Translations under genes and position numbers: made by a program
Origin: Magnetovibrio sp.
Lineage (GTDB): Bacteria; Pseudomonadota; Alphaproteobacteria; Rhodospirillales; Casp-alpha2
Reading direction: 5' to 3'
Length of the DNA: 64,000 nt
NCBI GenBank assembly: GCA_002709525.1
Contig: PARE01000027.1
Coordinates: 9,403 to 73,402, forward strand
The notes under the pieces: generated by a model
What the model saw: only the letters and a program-made list of their open reading frames with translations
Told to the model about the DNA's origin: nothing
Databases searched by the model: none
Part shown: one piece after another, positions 37,362-46,403 of the stretch
Position numbering within the stretch: position 1 is the first letter of the stretch
Layout: each line of letters opens with the position of its first letter

Positions 37362-38950
37362 ATCGGCTCGGAGAAAATAAGCTCACGGTCAATGCGTACG
37401 GGTTTGGACGGTGACGCAAGGATAGCACTGAGACCATCCGACCCCGTGGTCGGGACGTCAATATTTTCGGGAGTGATGTCGATGGCAAATTGATGCGCCG
37501 GCACATAACGAAGAGCCGGGATGCCAAACACCAGCGCCTCCAATCCCACAGTACTTGCAGAGAACAGAACACGCGAAATTTTCTCATGGTCTTCAAACGC
37601 AATCTCCGTCTTTACTATACCCGGCGTTTCCGCAAACGAAGTCCGGTATATAGGATGGTCCTTGACCACGAACAGAAAACCGGCCCGCGCGGCAACTCGA
37701 ATAGCCGCAATCATCTCCCTCGCGATGGCGCGATCAAATGGCAAGGCAACAAAAACCGGCCCCGCCGGATTCCATCGAACCTTGGCGTCCCCACGCAGCC
37801 GCAAGGCACCGCCAATCGCCGAGCGCGACTCCGGCAACCCCCAAGACGTCAGTTCCCGTCGAGTCGTGGCGCCCGTAGTGAGCACTCGGTCCGGCAAACT
37901 CTTCATCCCGTCATGATTACTATCAGCAGCATAATTATACATATGCCTCCCGACGACAGAGTGCTGGTAACCAAGTGTAGAAACGTGATAACGGCGAGCA
38001 ATACGCACCAACTGACGCTCCCAGGCGTGATTTTCCCATGGCCAGATGACTTGAGATGGCCGACATGTTTGGAACCATCGGGCCAAACAGAGCTCGGTCC
38101 ACCGGGCCATGGCCCCATGTCCCGTTCCGCCCTCCAAAGCAACGGAACGTTTAACCAGCCAGGATTGTCTGCTGGTCTTAGCGATATGAGATGGACGCCA
38201 TTTGGCACCCACGAGTTTCGTCAATGCCTCCCAAGGATTGCCCCAAGCATGAAGGCTGGCATTACGCCCAGACGCCGTCAGCCGTCGTGCCTGTCGAATG
38301 CCGCCATCCACGCTGATCACCCTGAACAGAGACGAGAATCTCGACATGATGGGACCGAAATAAGCATCAACCCCGTTGACATGACTGCGGGGATGGCCGT
38401 AAACGAGAAGGCATGGTTTATCGTTGGGAAACCGCCGCCGCTGGTCTCTGAAGGCCAGTGCCGCAACAAAGGCAGATAAGGCAAACCGGGTACGGGCCAT
38501 TAGCCCGCGCAAGCGCAACTTCATCTCTACAACTGCCAAGGCCGGCGGCGTGCCAGCGGCCACGCCGCGCTTTTCGGACAGATGGCGAAACATCCAAGGA
38601 TCATCGCAAAGCACTCCAATAGAGCGGTTCTCTGCGATCCAGTGGTCCACCAGGCGCGACCATGCCATCATGCATCCCATATCGGAGACATTCGGCGCAC
38701 ATGCGGGTGCGTGGGCCAATGTCGCTCCCGAAGTAAAACTCAAGTCATGAGCCAAGGATACCCAATCTTCGCGTATGGCTTCGAACGCAGCTTCCATTTC
38801 ATCCCCTATCGGCGGGCTACTCTCCAAATAATCTAAATGCCTCCTCTCAGAACCGATAGCTACCCAATTTTGCGGTTGAGGCTTCTGGTTGACCTCGCGG
38901 GAGGTCCGAAGATGAACCAATGCCATGAGGTCAAGCCTTGCTTCGCGCAA
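37304..38950 (-). CDS. orphan 548-aa protein, GT-B-like C-terminal half (putative glycosyl/ulosonic-acid transferase)
   Basis: Long ORF with normal amino-acid composition. The C-terminal pattern VFVALPFD...FLFVVKDHPIY...LFSASTVGLEALVFGIPAL resembles the nucleotide-sugar-binding half of GT-B enzymes. I could not name a family. Confidence 0.45.
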   Translation of the reverse strand: MREARLDLMALVHLRTSREVNQKPQPQNWVAIGSERRHLDYLESSPPIGDEMEAAFEAIREDWVSLAHDLSFTSGATLAHAPACAPNVSDMGCMMAWSRLVDHWIAENRSIGVLCDDPWMFRHLSEKRGVAAGTPPALAVVEMKLRLRGLMARTRFALSAFVAALAFRDQRRRFPNDKPCLLVYGHPRSHVNGVDAYFGPIMSRFSSLFRVISVDGGIRQARRLTASGRNASLHAWGNPWEALTKLVGAKWRPSHIAKTSRQSWLVKRSVALEGGTGHGAMARWTELCLARWFQTCRPSQVIWPWENHAWERQLVRIARRYHVSTLGYQHSVVGRHMYNYAADSNHDGMKSLPDRVLTTGATTRRELTSWGLPESRSAIGGALRLRGDAKVRWNPAGPVFVALPFDRAIAREMIAAIRVAARAGFLFVVKDHPIYRTSFAETPGIVKTEIAFEDHEKISRVLFSASTVGLEALVFGIPALRYVPAHQFAIDITPENIDVPTTGSDGLSAILASPSKPVRIDRELIFSEPMWDQWRQEIIQGVLQCHPN

Positions 38951-39932
38951 ATAGCCACATGTGTGATGAAAGGCCGTTATCTGCCAGGAACTCTTGAAAC
39001 GCGGCCTTTATGGGTTCGTCACCATTCAGCAGATGTCGCACAAACGGGTCCGATGGCGGCGGCGCACCATCCTTAATGCTATTGCAAACGATATCCACAT
39101 CAAGTTTTCCAGGCGTCAGGAAGGTCGTGTCTATCAGTCCACATGCCCCCATCAAAACCTTTGCGCCATCACGACTGAGAAAGTTCAGGTGGTGCGGCGG
39201 AGAAACCGCGTTTGAACGTGCGCCAAGCACAAGGATATCGAACCCTGTGCCGCAAAGGCCGGTCACTAGAATCCGCCCCCCGGGGCGGCAAAGTGCCGCG
39301 AGACTGCGAAGAAGATCTGCCGGCGAGAATACATGCTCGATTACTTCGAAACAGGTTACCAGACTAGCCGTGCCGGCGATCGCAGGATCGTCAACCACCT
39401 CTTCGACCATACCCTCGACGGTCTGCAATCCTCTCCGTCGGCACATTGCCGCAAGATCAACGCTTGGCTCCACAGCCACATGACGCTTGCCAAGCCCTGC
39501 GCTACGGCACTCTTCGAGAAAAATCCCCGCCCCGGCACCCACGTCGATTACGATCTCACACGTTGATTGGTCTTCCGCTATCAAAGCCTGCAGGCGGTGC
39601 ACCCGATCGCGGAAAATATTCTCGCGCCTCGCTTCGGCGACGGCGGGGAAGAACTCTTCTGCCCAAAATTGCTGCGAGGGGCTATCGCGATAGAACTTGG
39701 CCAGCGCTTCAGTTGTGGGAACTGGATCGACGAACAAACTTCCACACTCAGCACAGGCGACCAGGTCAAACCCGTTCTTATCAAACGCAAAAGATTTGTT
39801 ATCGGCGCCACACCCCGGGCAATCACGTGTGATAAATTGCGCCGGATCAGGAAAGAAGATCTTTGCGTCCTCGGCACTTAACCGAAGATAGGTCGCAAGA
39901 AGCCCCGCCGGCCGAATATCAGCTTCCCGCAT
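38931..39932 (-). CDS. class I SAM-dependent methyltransferase with N-terminal Cys4 zinc ribbon
   Basis: CPGCGAD...CAECGSLFVDP, then VIDVGAGAGIFLE (motif I). Confidence 0.75.
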   Translation of the reverse strand: MREADIRPAGLLATYLRLSAEDAKIFFPDPAQFITRDCPGCGADNKSFAFDKNGFDLVACAECGSLFVDPVPTTEALAKFYRDSPSQQFWAEEFFPAVAEARRENIFRDRVHRLQALIAEDQSTCEIVIDVGAGAGIFLEECRSAGLGKRHVAVEPSVDLAAMCRRRGLQTVEGMVEEVVDDPAIAGTASLVTCFEVIEHVFSPADLLRSLAALCRPGGRILVTGLCGTGFDILVLGARSNAVSPPHHLNFLSRDGAKVLMGACGLIDTTFLTPGKLDVDIVCNSIKDGAPPPSDPFVRHLLNGDEPIKAAFQEFLADNGLSSHMWLFARSKA

Positions 39933-39991
39933 GCTGTCCGTATTCTGTAATGGCGCCTAACACAGCACTAAGCATTCGCTTAAGAATCGGA

Positions 39992-41854
39992 TCAAATCTC
40001 CGATTGGAGCGCCACATAACGACGATAGGTTTCATTGGTCAGCAACAATTCCGCATGGGTCCCCTGATTGGCGACCGTTCCAGCTTCGACGACAATAATC
40101 TTATCAGCGCTGACTATGGTCGACAGACGGTGGGCAACCACGAACAGCATCTTTTCTTTAGATATGTCCTCGAGCGCGCGTTGAATGGCGGCTTCGGACT
40201 CACTGTCGAGGGCACTGGTCGCTTCGTCGAGGATCAAAATCGACGGGTCGCGGACGATGGCTCGCGCCAATGCCACACGCTGGCGTTGCCCTGCCGAAAT
40301 CTGAGCCCCACGGCTGCCGAGAGCCGTGTCATAGCCTTCCGGCATAGCGGTGATGAAATCATGGGCATGCGCGGTACGGGCCGCTGCAATCACCTCATCG
40401 TCCGACGCCGTGAGCTTCCCGTAACGGATATTGGCGGCGACAGATCCTTCGAATACATGCGGATCCTGGGGAACAACCGCAATTTGACGACGCCACGCTG
40501 GCCCTGGAATTTCCGCAAGGTCCCTACCATCCACCATTATCCGACCACGAACCGGCACATGGTGGCCGATGAGCAGATCGATAATTGTCGACTTTCCGGC
40601 GCCCGATTCACCAACCAAGGCAAACGTCCCCGTGCCGCGAAACATGAGATTGATATCCGTTAGCGCCGGTTTTCCCACCACGTAGTCGAAGCCAACCTCC
40701 TCAAAGGAGATTTTCAAAATCTTACGCTTCTCCGCATCAGTCCTGACGCTGGATTGTTGATCTTCAGAATCGGAAAGATCAAACAGTTCCTGCAATTTGC
40801 CGACGTGCGGCAGCATGCTAAGAATCTGCAGCCAGCTGCTGCTCGCCGTCTTTGCGCGCGGAACCATGCGCACCAGGACGACGAAGAACGCCATCAAAAA
40901 CGACAGTGGAATGTCCACCCAGGCGATCGAGTAGGCGATCAAGCCGATTGCCAAAAGGGTGACCAGCGGCTCAACATAGAAGTCTGCGACAAGTCTGTTG
41001 ACCTGGATCTGAACAGCGATTCGCCGAAACGCGTCGGTCAAGCCACGGAACTCCCGGAGGTGCAAATCGGCATTGTCGAATTCACGAACAGTCTTGAACC
41101 CTGTCAGCTTGTCAACGACGTACGAATAAATGCGGTCGATCGCTGCCTTCTCATCCGCGCCTTGGCGATATCCGATCCTAAACCGAGAGGCCAATAAGAT
41201 CCCGCTGATCGCAATCATCCCACCAGCTGCCAACGATAAGTCAAAGGAGATTGCCAAGGCCATAAATAGATACAAGAAGCAAAAAACAATAGATATCAGG
41301 AAAATCGAAAGCTGCTCATAAATGGCGCCGGCCCCCTCTGCCGACGTGAACACTGTTGCCGTCAAATCACCAACCCGGGTGCGGTGAAACTGAGATAGGG
41401 GAACATGCATGGATGCTGAAAACGCCTGGTTCCGGAAATCGCGCGAGGCCGTCGCACCCAATTGCCGTCCAACGTATCCCTGCAAAGCCTGGGCGACGTA
41501 CTTTATCAGCATCAGGGTCGCCAGTGCCGCCAATAAATAATAGATGCTAAACGGTATCCCAACTAAGGCGAACAGATGGGTCAAGACCTCGGAAATTGCG
41601 CTTGGCGCCGCATTGTCTTGGAGCTGTTCGAAAACAGGAATGATGAGACCTATGCCGATCCCCTCTGTGATCCCGCCAATCAGAATGAGACCAAAATTGG
41701 CGGCGAAAAGCGCCTTGTAACGCCCCAGGTAACGGACAGAAATCCGCGCGTCACGCAAGTAGCCTTTCCCAAAACGCCGCTGATGCTTGCCATTCTGCCC
41801 TTTCACGGATGGATCTAAGGGCAAGATGAAATCAGTTTTCGTAAGCGCAATCAA
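39992..41854 (-). CDS. fused TMD-NBD ABC exporter (MsbA/PglK/Wzk-like)
   Basis: 620 aa. Six N-terminal TM segments, Walker A GESGAGKST, signature LSAGQRQRVALARA and Walker B ILILDEATSALD. TTG start overlaps the rSAM stop (TTGA). Confidence 0.9.
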   Translation of the reverse strand: MIALTKTDFILPLDPSVKGQNGKHQRRFGKGYLRDARISVRYLGRYKALFAANFGLILIGGITEGIGIGLIIPVFEQLQDNAAPSAISEVLTHLFALVGIPFSIYYLLAALATLMLIKYVAQALQGYVGRQLGATASRDFRNQAFSASMHVPLSQFHRTRVGDLTATVFTSAEGAGAIYEQLSIFLISIVFCFLYLFMALAISFDLSLAAGGMIAISGILLASRFRIGYRQGADEKAAIDRIYSYVVDKLTGFKTVREFDNADLHLREFRGLTDAFRRIAVQIQVNRLVADFYVEPLVTLLAIGLIAYSIAWVDIPLSFLMAFFVVLVRMVPRAKTASSSWLQILSMLPHVGKLQELFDLSDSEDQQSSVRTDAEKRKILKISFEEVGFDYVVGKPALTDINLMFRGTGTFALVGESGAGKSTIIDLLIGHHVPVRGRIMVDGRDLAEIPGPAWRRQIAVVPQDPHVFEGSVAANIRYGKLTASDDEVIAAARTAHAHDFITAMPEGYDTALGSRGAQISAGQRQRVALARAIVRDPSILILDEATSALDSESEAAIQRALEDISKEKMLFVVAHRLSTIVSADKIIVVEAGTVANQGTHAELLLTNETYRRYVALQSEI

Positions 41855-43359
41855 TTGGTCCCAGAGACAATCGAAAACTCATTTTCCACTGTGGACCGTA
41901 CATTGGTCTTGCTCAAGTCCATGGCAGGGAACCTATAGGATGCCAAATCCTCTGGACTTAACTTTCCTCTATTCTCAGCCAGGAACTGTTTTTGCTGCTT
42001 AAGGAAATACAAGCGCTGGTCGTCGGGGTCGTAAAGATCGTGCGCCATTTGATAGAAACGCTCAGAATACACGATGCCGGCTGCGTCGATATGGTAATAG
42101 TCATTCGTCCGCAGAAGCGTTTCATAGTCCTCGCTTTTGGGAAGCCCCAGATAGGCAAATCGATCGCAGGCCGTCGGCTTGATTTCATCGATGAAAGCGT
42201 TGGTGAACGCGATTTCCTCATCGGTTTCGCCCGGCGTGCCCATGCAGAACGTCGTATAGGTTGGCAGCTTAATATCGTGGGCGTGCTTGAAAAAGGTCCG
42301 TATCGTGTCCAAATCGAGGTCTTTCTTCTTCCGCGACAACGCGCTATCCGACCCCGCCTCAACGCCAAGATACAATCCTGTGCAACCGGATTTGCGCATT
42401 TTTTCCAGGAGGTTCCGATCTGTAATGTCAGCGCGCGCTTCACAAGCCCACGCGATATTATAATTGCGACGGATCAGAAGATCGCATACCTCTTCCAAGC
42501 GCTTATGGTTCGCGGTAAACAGGTCCTCGCGGAAATAGATACCCTTGCAGCCATATTTCTCGATGAGGCGGCCAATCTCATCGACGATACCTTCCGCTGA
42601 AAATTTGGTATATCGGCGCGACCAAATAGAGGCAACTCCACAGAACGTGCAACGGTAAGGACAAGACCGACTAGTATGCATTGTAAACACGGGATAGGCA
42701 TCCACGTCGTAAAGATCCAGCTTCCAGTTGTAGTCCTTGCCCCAAAACTTATCGTAATCAGGGAACGGTAATTCATCCAGATTTTTGATCCGACCGGTGA
42801 CAGCGTTGTCGATCTGACGCGGAAGCTTCGTGCCTCGGCACAGTTCAGCCATCACGTATTCGCCTTCGCCCTGAACCACAAAATCGACCTTTTCGGGGAT
42901 GGTCTCCGGCATCAAGGACGCTTGGGGGCCACCAGCCGCCAACGGAGCGCCAGTCAGGTTCTTTATTTCGTCGATCAAGGACAAGGCCTCATAATAACCC
43001 GGCGAATGAATATACATCCCGACGAAATCTGGCTTGAAGTCATCGATTTCCTTCGCCATGTCCTGGGGATCGAGATAGTTGTCAACAATTGTGGTCTCAA
43101 CTCCATTCTGTTCCAGAAATGTTGATATATACCCAAGCCCCAACGGCGGGCGAAGGTCACCATAGTGCAACGCCGTGGTTCCCGGCCCAGGGCGTTTGGC
43201 GGTTGTGAGCATGACGCGCCGATATTTAAGATCCCCAGTCTTCGTGTTCAGCATCGGGCCTTGCGAATGCAGTTTCGCAATTGCTTTTTCCGTTCGTTGA
43301 GCAGATGTGCTTTTCATCGTCGCGTTCCTAAATTCATAAATCGCCGTTCCCAACGGCAC
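41851..43359 (-). CDS. B12-binding-domain radical SAM enzyme (class B rSAM)
   Basis: An N-terminal B12-binding-like domain (PPLGLGYISTFLEQNGVETTIVD) followed by SRSCPYRCTFCG (CxxxCxxC). The likely start is the ATG at 43317 (MKSTSAQ). Confidence 0.85.
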   Translation of the reverse strand: MPLGTAIYEFRNATMKSTSAQRTEKAIAKLHSQGPMLNTKTGDLKYRRVMLTTAKRPGPGTTALHYGDLRPPLGLGYISTFLEQNGVETTIVDNYLDPQDMAKEIDDFKPDFVGMYIHSPGYYEALSLIDEIKNLTGAPLAAGGPQASLMPETIPEKVDFVVQGEGEYVMAELCRGTKLPRQIDNAVTGRIKNLDELPFPDYDKFWGKDYNWKLDLYDVDAYPVFTMHTSRSCPYRCTFCGVASIWSRRYTKFSAEGIVDEIGRLIEKYGCKGIYFREDLFTANHKRLEEVCDLLIRRNYNIAWACEARADITDRNLLEKMRKSGCTGLYLGVEAGSDSALSRKKKDLDLDTIRTFFKHAHDIKLPTYTTFCMGTPGETDEEIAFTNAFIDEIKPTACDRFAYLGLPKSEDYETLLRTNDYYHIDAAGIVYSERFYQMAHDLYDPDDQRLYFLKQQKQFLAENRGKLSPEDLASYRFPAMDLSKTNVRSTVENEFSIVSGTN

Positions 43360-43468
43360 TCTTATATTGGAATGGCCTCAGCCTGAGTTGATATCCCAAC
43401 GAGCACCAACTTTCACCTCCCCCTAGGTTGAAATGCATGCGGCAAGTTTCCACGATCTAGTTATTATT

Positions 43469-44608
43469 TTAGTCATTAACGGGTTCTGCGGAAAGCATTT
43501 CGACGCTTATCGCCTGATCCGGCTCAATATCGGCAATGGCGAACTTTCCAACAACTGAGCTCATCATGGATCCAGGTAGGCCATCGGCGGGCCGTTTCAT
43601 ACCAAGCATGACGCTCTCGATACGTTCGCCCTTAGCAATCGCCTGATCAGCAACGATGCTACGTCGGGCACTATCGCGAGCCGCCTGTTCTGCTTCAATC
43701 ACTTCGATCCGAGCATCGCCCAGAACAACCTCGGCAATGCGGATGTTTTCAATCATATCCGTCAAATTCTGGGGGTTCACCGAAAAGAAGTGGCCCGATC
43801 CCGTCATCGTGCGGTCGAGCGTGTAGTGCTTCTCAATAAGGTGGGCACCAAGTGCGACTGCGAGAGCCGGGATCACCATGTGATCGTCAGGCTCCGTATG
43901 ATCAGAGAGCCCGATCACCATCCAGGGATAGCGCTCCTTCAGAGCTGAGACGCGCCGCAGATTGGCCGCGGGATTTGGCGTTGGATAACTGAGCGTGCAA
44001 GCTAGCAGGATGATATCAAAGTTTCCTGCGTCATAAAGAACGTCAATCGCAGCGTCGATCTCTTCGGTCGTAGAGCCGCCCGTAGACAGGACAATCGGCT
44101 TACCCTTCTCGGCCACATGCTTCAGCAAACGGTGATCGGGCAGATCGCACGATGCAATCTTAAACAATGGCATACCAAGATCGTTGAGCATGTCAGCGTT
44201 GTCGGTATCAAACGGGGTGGAAAACGGCAAGATACCTTTCGCGTTCGCGTCGGCGAAGATAGTCCGATATTCATCGGCACCCAGGCGATCAAGGCGCGAG
44301 TAATACTCGAGTTGGGATGTTTCCTTGCCATTCCAATAAAGGGTTGCGTTAGCTCTAACCAACTTTTCGGCCTTGTAGGTCTGAAACTTGATCGCTGATG
44401 CGCCAGCCTTAACAGCGTGATCCGTCATCTTGATCGCCGTTTCTACATCGCACATGTGATTACACGCAGCTTCCGCGACGACGTACGTATTCTCACCGTC
44501 GCCAACCATCGTTCCGTTCACATTGACTAAGCGCTTACCATCATGGCGCGCCAACATCTTGTTGATTTGTGTTTCAAATTTGTCGAAGAGTGTGTCCGCC
44601 ATTTTCAA
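43469..44608 (-). CDS. NeuB-family nonulosonic acid synthase (NeuB/PseI/LegI-like, with SAF domain)
   Basis: YVVAEAACNHMCDVETAIKMTDHAVKAGASAIKFQTY, IGLSDHT and the C-terminal SAF-like segment IAKGERIESVMLGMKRP. Confidence 0.8.
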   Translation of the reverse strand: MKMADTLFDKFETQINKMLARHDGKRLVNVNGTMVGDGENTYVVAEAACNHMCDVETAIKMTDHAVKAGASAIKFQTYKAEKLVRANATLYWNGKETSQLEYYSRLDRLGADEYRTIFADANAKGILPFSTPFDTDNADMLNDLGMPLFKIASCDLPDHRLLKHVAEKGKPIVLSTGGSTTEEIDAAIDVLYDAGNFDIILLACTLSYPTPNPAANLRRVSALKERYPWMVIGLSDHTEPDDHMVIPALAVALGAHLIEKHYTLDRTMTGSGHFFSVNPQNLTDMIENIRIAEVVLGDARIEVIEAEQAARDSARRSIVADQAIAKGERIESVMLGMKRPADGLPGSMMSSVVGKFAIADIEPDQAISVEMLSAEPVND

Positions 44609-44653
44609 TCTCCATGCGAATAGTCATATTGGGCCGAGGGGGCTCGGCGAAAG

Positions 44654-45574
44654 TTAAACGGTCCAAGGGAAAGCCGTTCCCATAAAACCAACCATTGTTC
44701 GTCTTAAATGAAATAAGTCACTTTGCTCGTCATTCCTCCCATCCTCGGCACTTGGGCAGCACACGATTCCCCAATGTTTTAAATGAGAGATCACCTGCTC
44801 ATTGTAATCGGTATGTCGGCCTTCAGGATAAGAGAAATGGGTGATGGTCCGGCCCAAATTCTTCTCGAGCAACGACATGCAGCGATCCACATCCTTATGC
44901 ATCCCTTCGACGGAAAGGCGCGACAAGATGTTATGGTCGTGAGAGTGGCCCCCAATTTCGAAAAGTGGATGGCTATCAAGCTCTTGTGTTTGAGCCCAGG
45001 AAATCTTTCGGTAATTTGCCGCAGCATCGACAGACGGCGTGACGGCCGTTTCTAGTTTTAATGCAGCAAGAATGCGCTCCTTGTCAGCAGCGATGGCTTC
45101 TTTGCAGACGCCTTTGATCTTGATAGTAGCGTGAATTCTGTCGTCATCCGATTGGAGGGGAAAAGAGTTCGGAAGCCTGGAGTCGGCCGAAGACAAATCA
45201 ATCTCATTTATTTCCGATCGGTTGATACAGTCTTCTATCTCGTCGACCCAGAACATCCGATCGGATTCAACGAACCCGGTAGAGAAATAAAACATTGCCG
45301 GCACATCAAAATCATCGAGAACCGGCGCGGCAACGGCGTGGTTGTTTTCAAAACCGTCGTCGAAAGTGACCGCGAAAGCTCTCGGCGGGAAGGGTCTCCT
45401 CTCGCAAACGTGGTATCGCACCTCTTCCATCGAGAGCGGAATACCTATGCGTTTAGCTGTTGAGATCTGATCGCGGAATGTATCTATATGAATATGCTTT
45501 CCGGAAAAGTTCTCGATCCCGGGGCTCTCGGCATCGCTGACGCCGTGATAAAGAAAGATTGTCAAATCACTCAT
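44654..45574 (-). CDS. polysaccharide deacetylase (CE4)
   Basis: FAVTFDDGFENNHAVAAPVLDDFDVPAMFYF and EIGGHSHDH. I chose the ATG at 45574, which is preceded by GGAGGCAGG 8 nt upstream. The ORF track extends to 45727, overlapping the formyltransferase. Confidence 0.75.
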   Translation of the reverse strand: MSDLTIFLYHGVSDAESPGIENFSGKHIHIDTFRDQISTAKRIGIPLSMEEVRYHVCERRPFPPRAFAVTFDDGFENNHAVAAPVLDDFDVPAMFYFSTGFVESDRMFWVDEIEDCINRSEINEIDLSSADSRLPNSFPLQSDDDRIHATIKIKGVCKEAIAADKERILAALKLETAVTPSVDAAANYRKISWAQTQELDSHPLFEIGGHSHDHNILSRLSVEGMHKDVDRCMSLLEKNLGRTITHFSYPEGRHTDYNEQVISHLKHWGIVCCPSAEDGRNDEQSDLFHLRRTMVGFMGTAFPWTV

Positions 45575-45602
45575 GAAACAACCTGCCTCCTGATTGTTCC
45601 CC

Positions 45603-46403
45603 CTAGGCCGCACCCAAATGCTGGGTATAAGCATGGAACTGCTGAATCGCGCGGCGGCGCTTGAAATACGGGATGAATGAATAGTACCCAGCGGCGGCAC
45701 GGTCCCAAGGTCTCTCAATAACTTCAACCCCGGTGCTTATTTTTCTTATTAGATCCACAATCACATTCGTGGCGAAAACTGTCGTGTGATAACGAATGTG
45801 ATGCGCTTTCATCCCTGCGGTAACATCGACACGGCCCTGATAGATTATTGGGCCCGTATCAAGCTCTGGCTCAAGCCTATGCACTGTACAGCCAATATTA
45901 TCAAAGTCCTGGAAATACATGGCCCACAAATCAGAGTCCAATCCGCGATAAGGCGGCAAGAGGCCTCGGTGTATATTCACCATCATGGCGTTGGTTGCCA
46001 ACACGTTCTCGGCGATCTTTCCAGTACCGAACGAGACCACAAGGTCCGGTTTGAAGGCCTGGAGGGCAGCCAGACAATCCGCATTATTGACGCTTGGAAA
46101 CCTAACATAGGATGCATCACCCGTAAATTCTCGCGCCACGGTACCTTCAAAAAAACGTGCCTCATACGCCTCTTGATTACGGCCAAACGTTGGGTAACTC
46201 TTGACTAGGTAGGGATTATCCCAAAAAGACGCCAGGGATTTTCGCGCCTTAATCCATTTCCAATAAAGCGCCTGAAAATCCAATCCAGCCGTTTCGAGAA
46301 CCACGAAGAGCTCAGTGTGTGGTGCTAAACAATTGACAAAATAGCGGTGGTGTGTGGTGTCCGTCGTCAATACCGCGCATTTCAGCTTACTCATGAGGAC
46401 CAC
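45603..46403 (-). CDS. formyltransferase-domain protein (Fmt/ArnA-N/PurN-like)
   Basis: PDLVVSFGTGKI...MVNIHRGLLPPYRGLDSDLWAMY matches the N-x-H...LP-x-YRG formyltransferase motif. Confidence 0.75.
   Translation of the reverse strand: MVLMSKLKCAVLTTDTTHHRYFVNCLAPHTELFVVLETAGLDFQALYWKWIKARKSLASFWDNPYLVKSYPTFGRNQEAYEARFFEGTVAREFTGDASYVRFPSVNNADCLAALQAFKPDLVVSFGTGKIAENVLATNAMMVNIHRGLLPPYRGLDSDLWAMYFQDFDNIGCTVHRLEPELDTGPIIYQGRVDVTAGMKAHHIRYHTTVFATNVIVDLIRKISTGVEVIERPWDRAAAGYYSFIPYFKRRRAIQQFHAYTQHLGAA

Noticed and set aside
37490-38479. 329-aa plus-strand ORF, the longest unexplained ORF in the track.
   Set aside because: It lies entirely antisense to the 548-aa minus-strand CDS. The sequence is Arg/Pro/Ser-rich and low in complexity, with no motifs. 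This is typical of a shadow ORF opposite a GC-rich coding frame.
39863-40663. 266-aa plus-strand ORF.
   Set aside because: It is antisense to the ABC exporter and the methyltransferase end. It is Arg-rich with no recognisable domain, whereas the minus-strand frame carries textbook Walker A/B and signature motifs.
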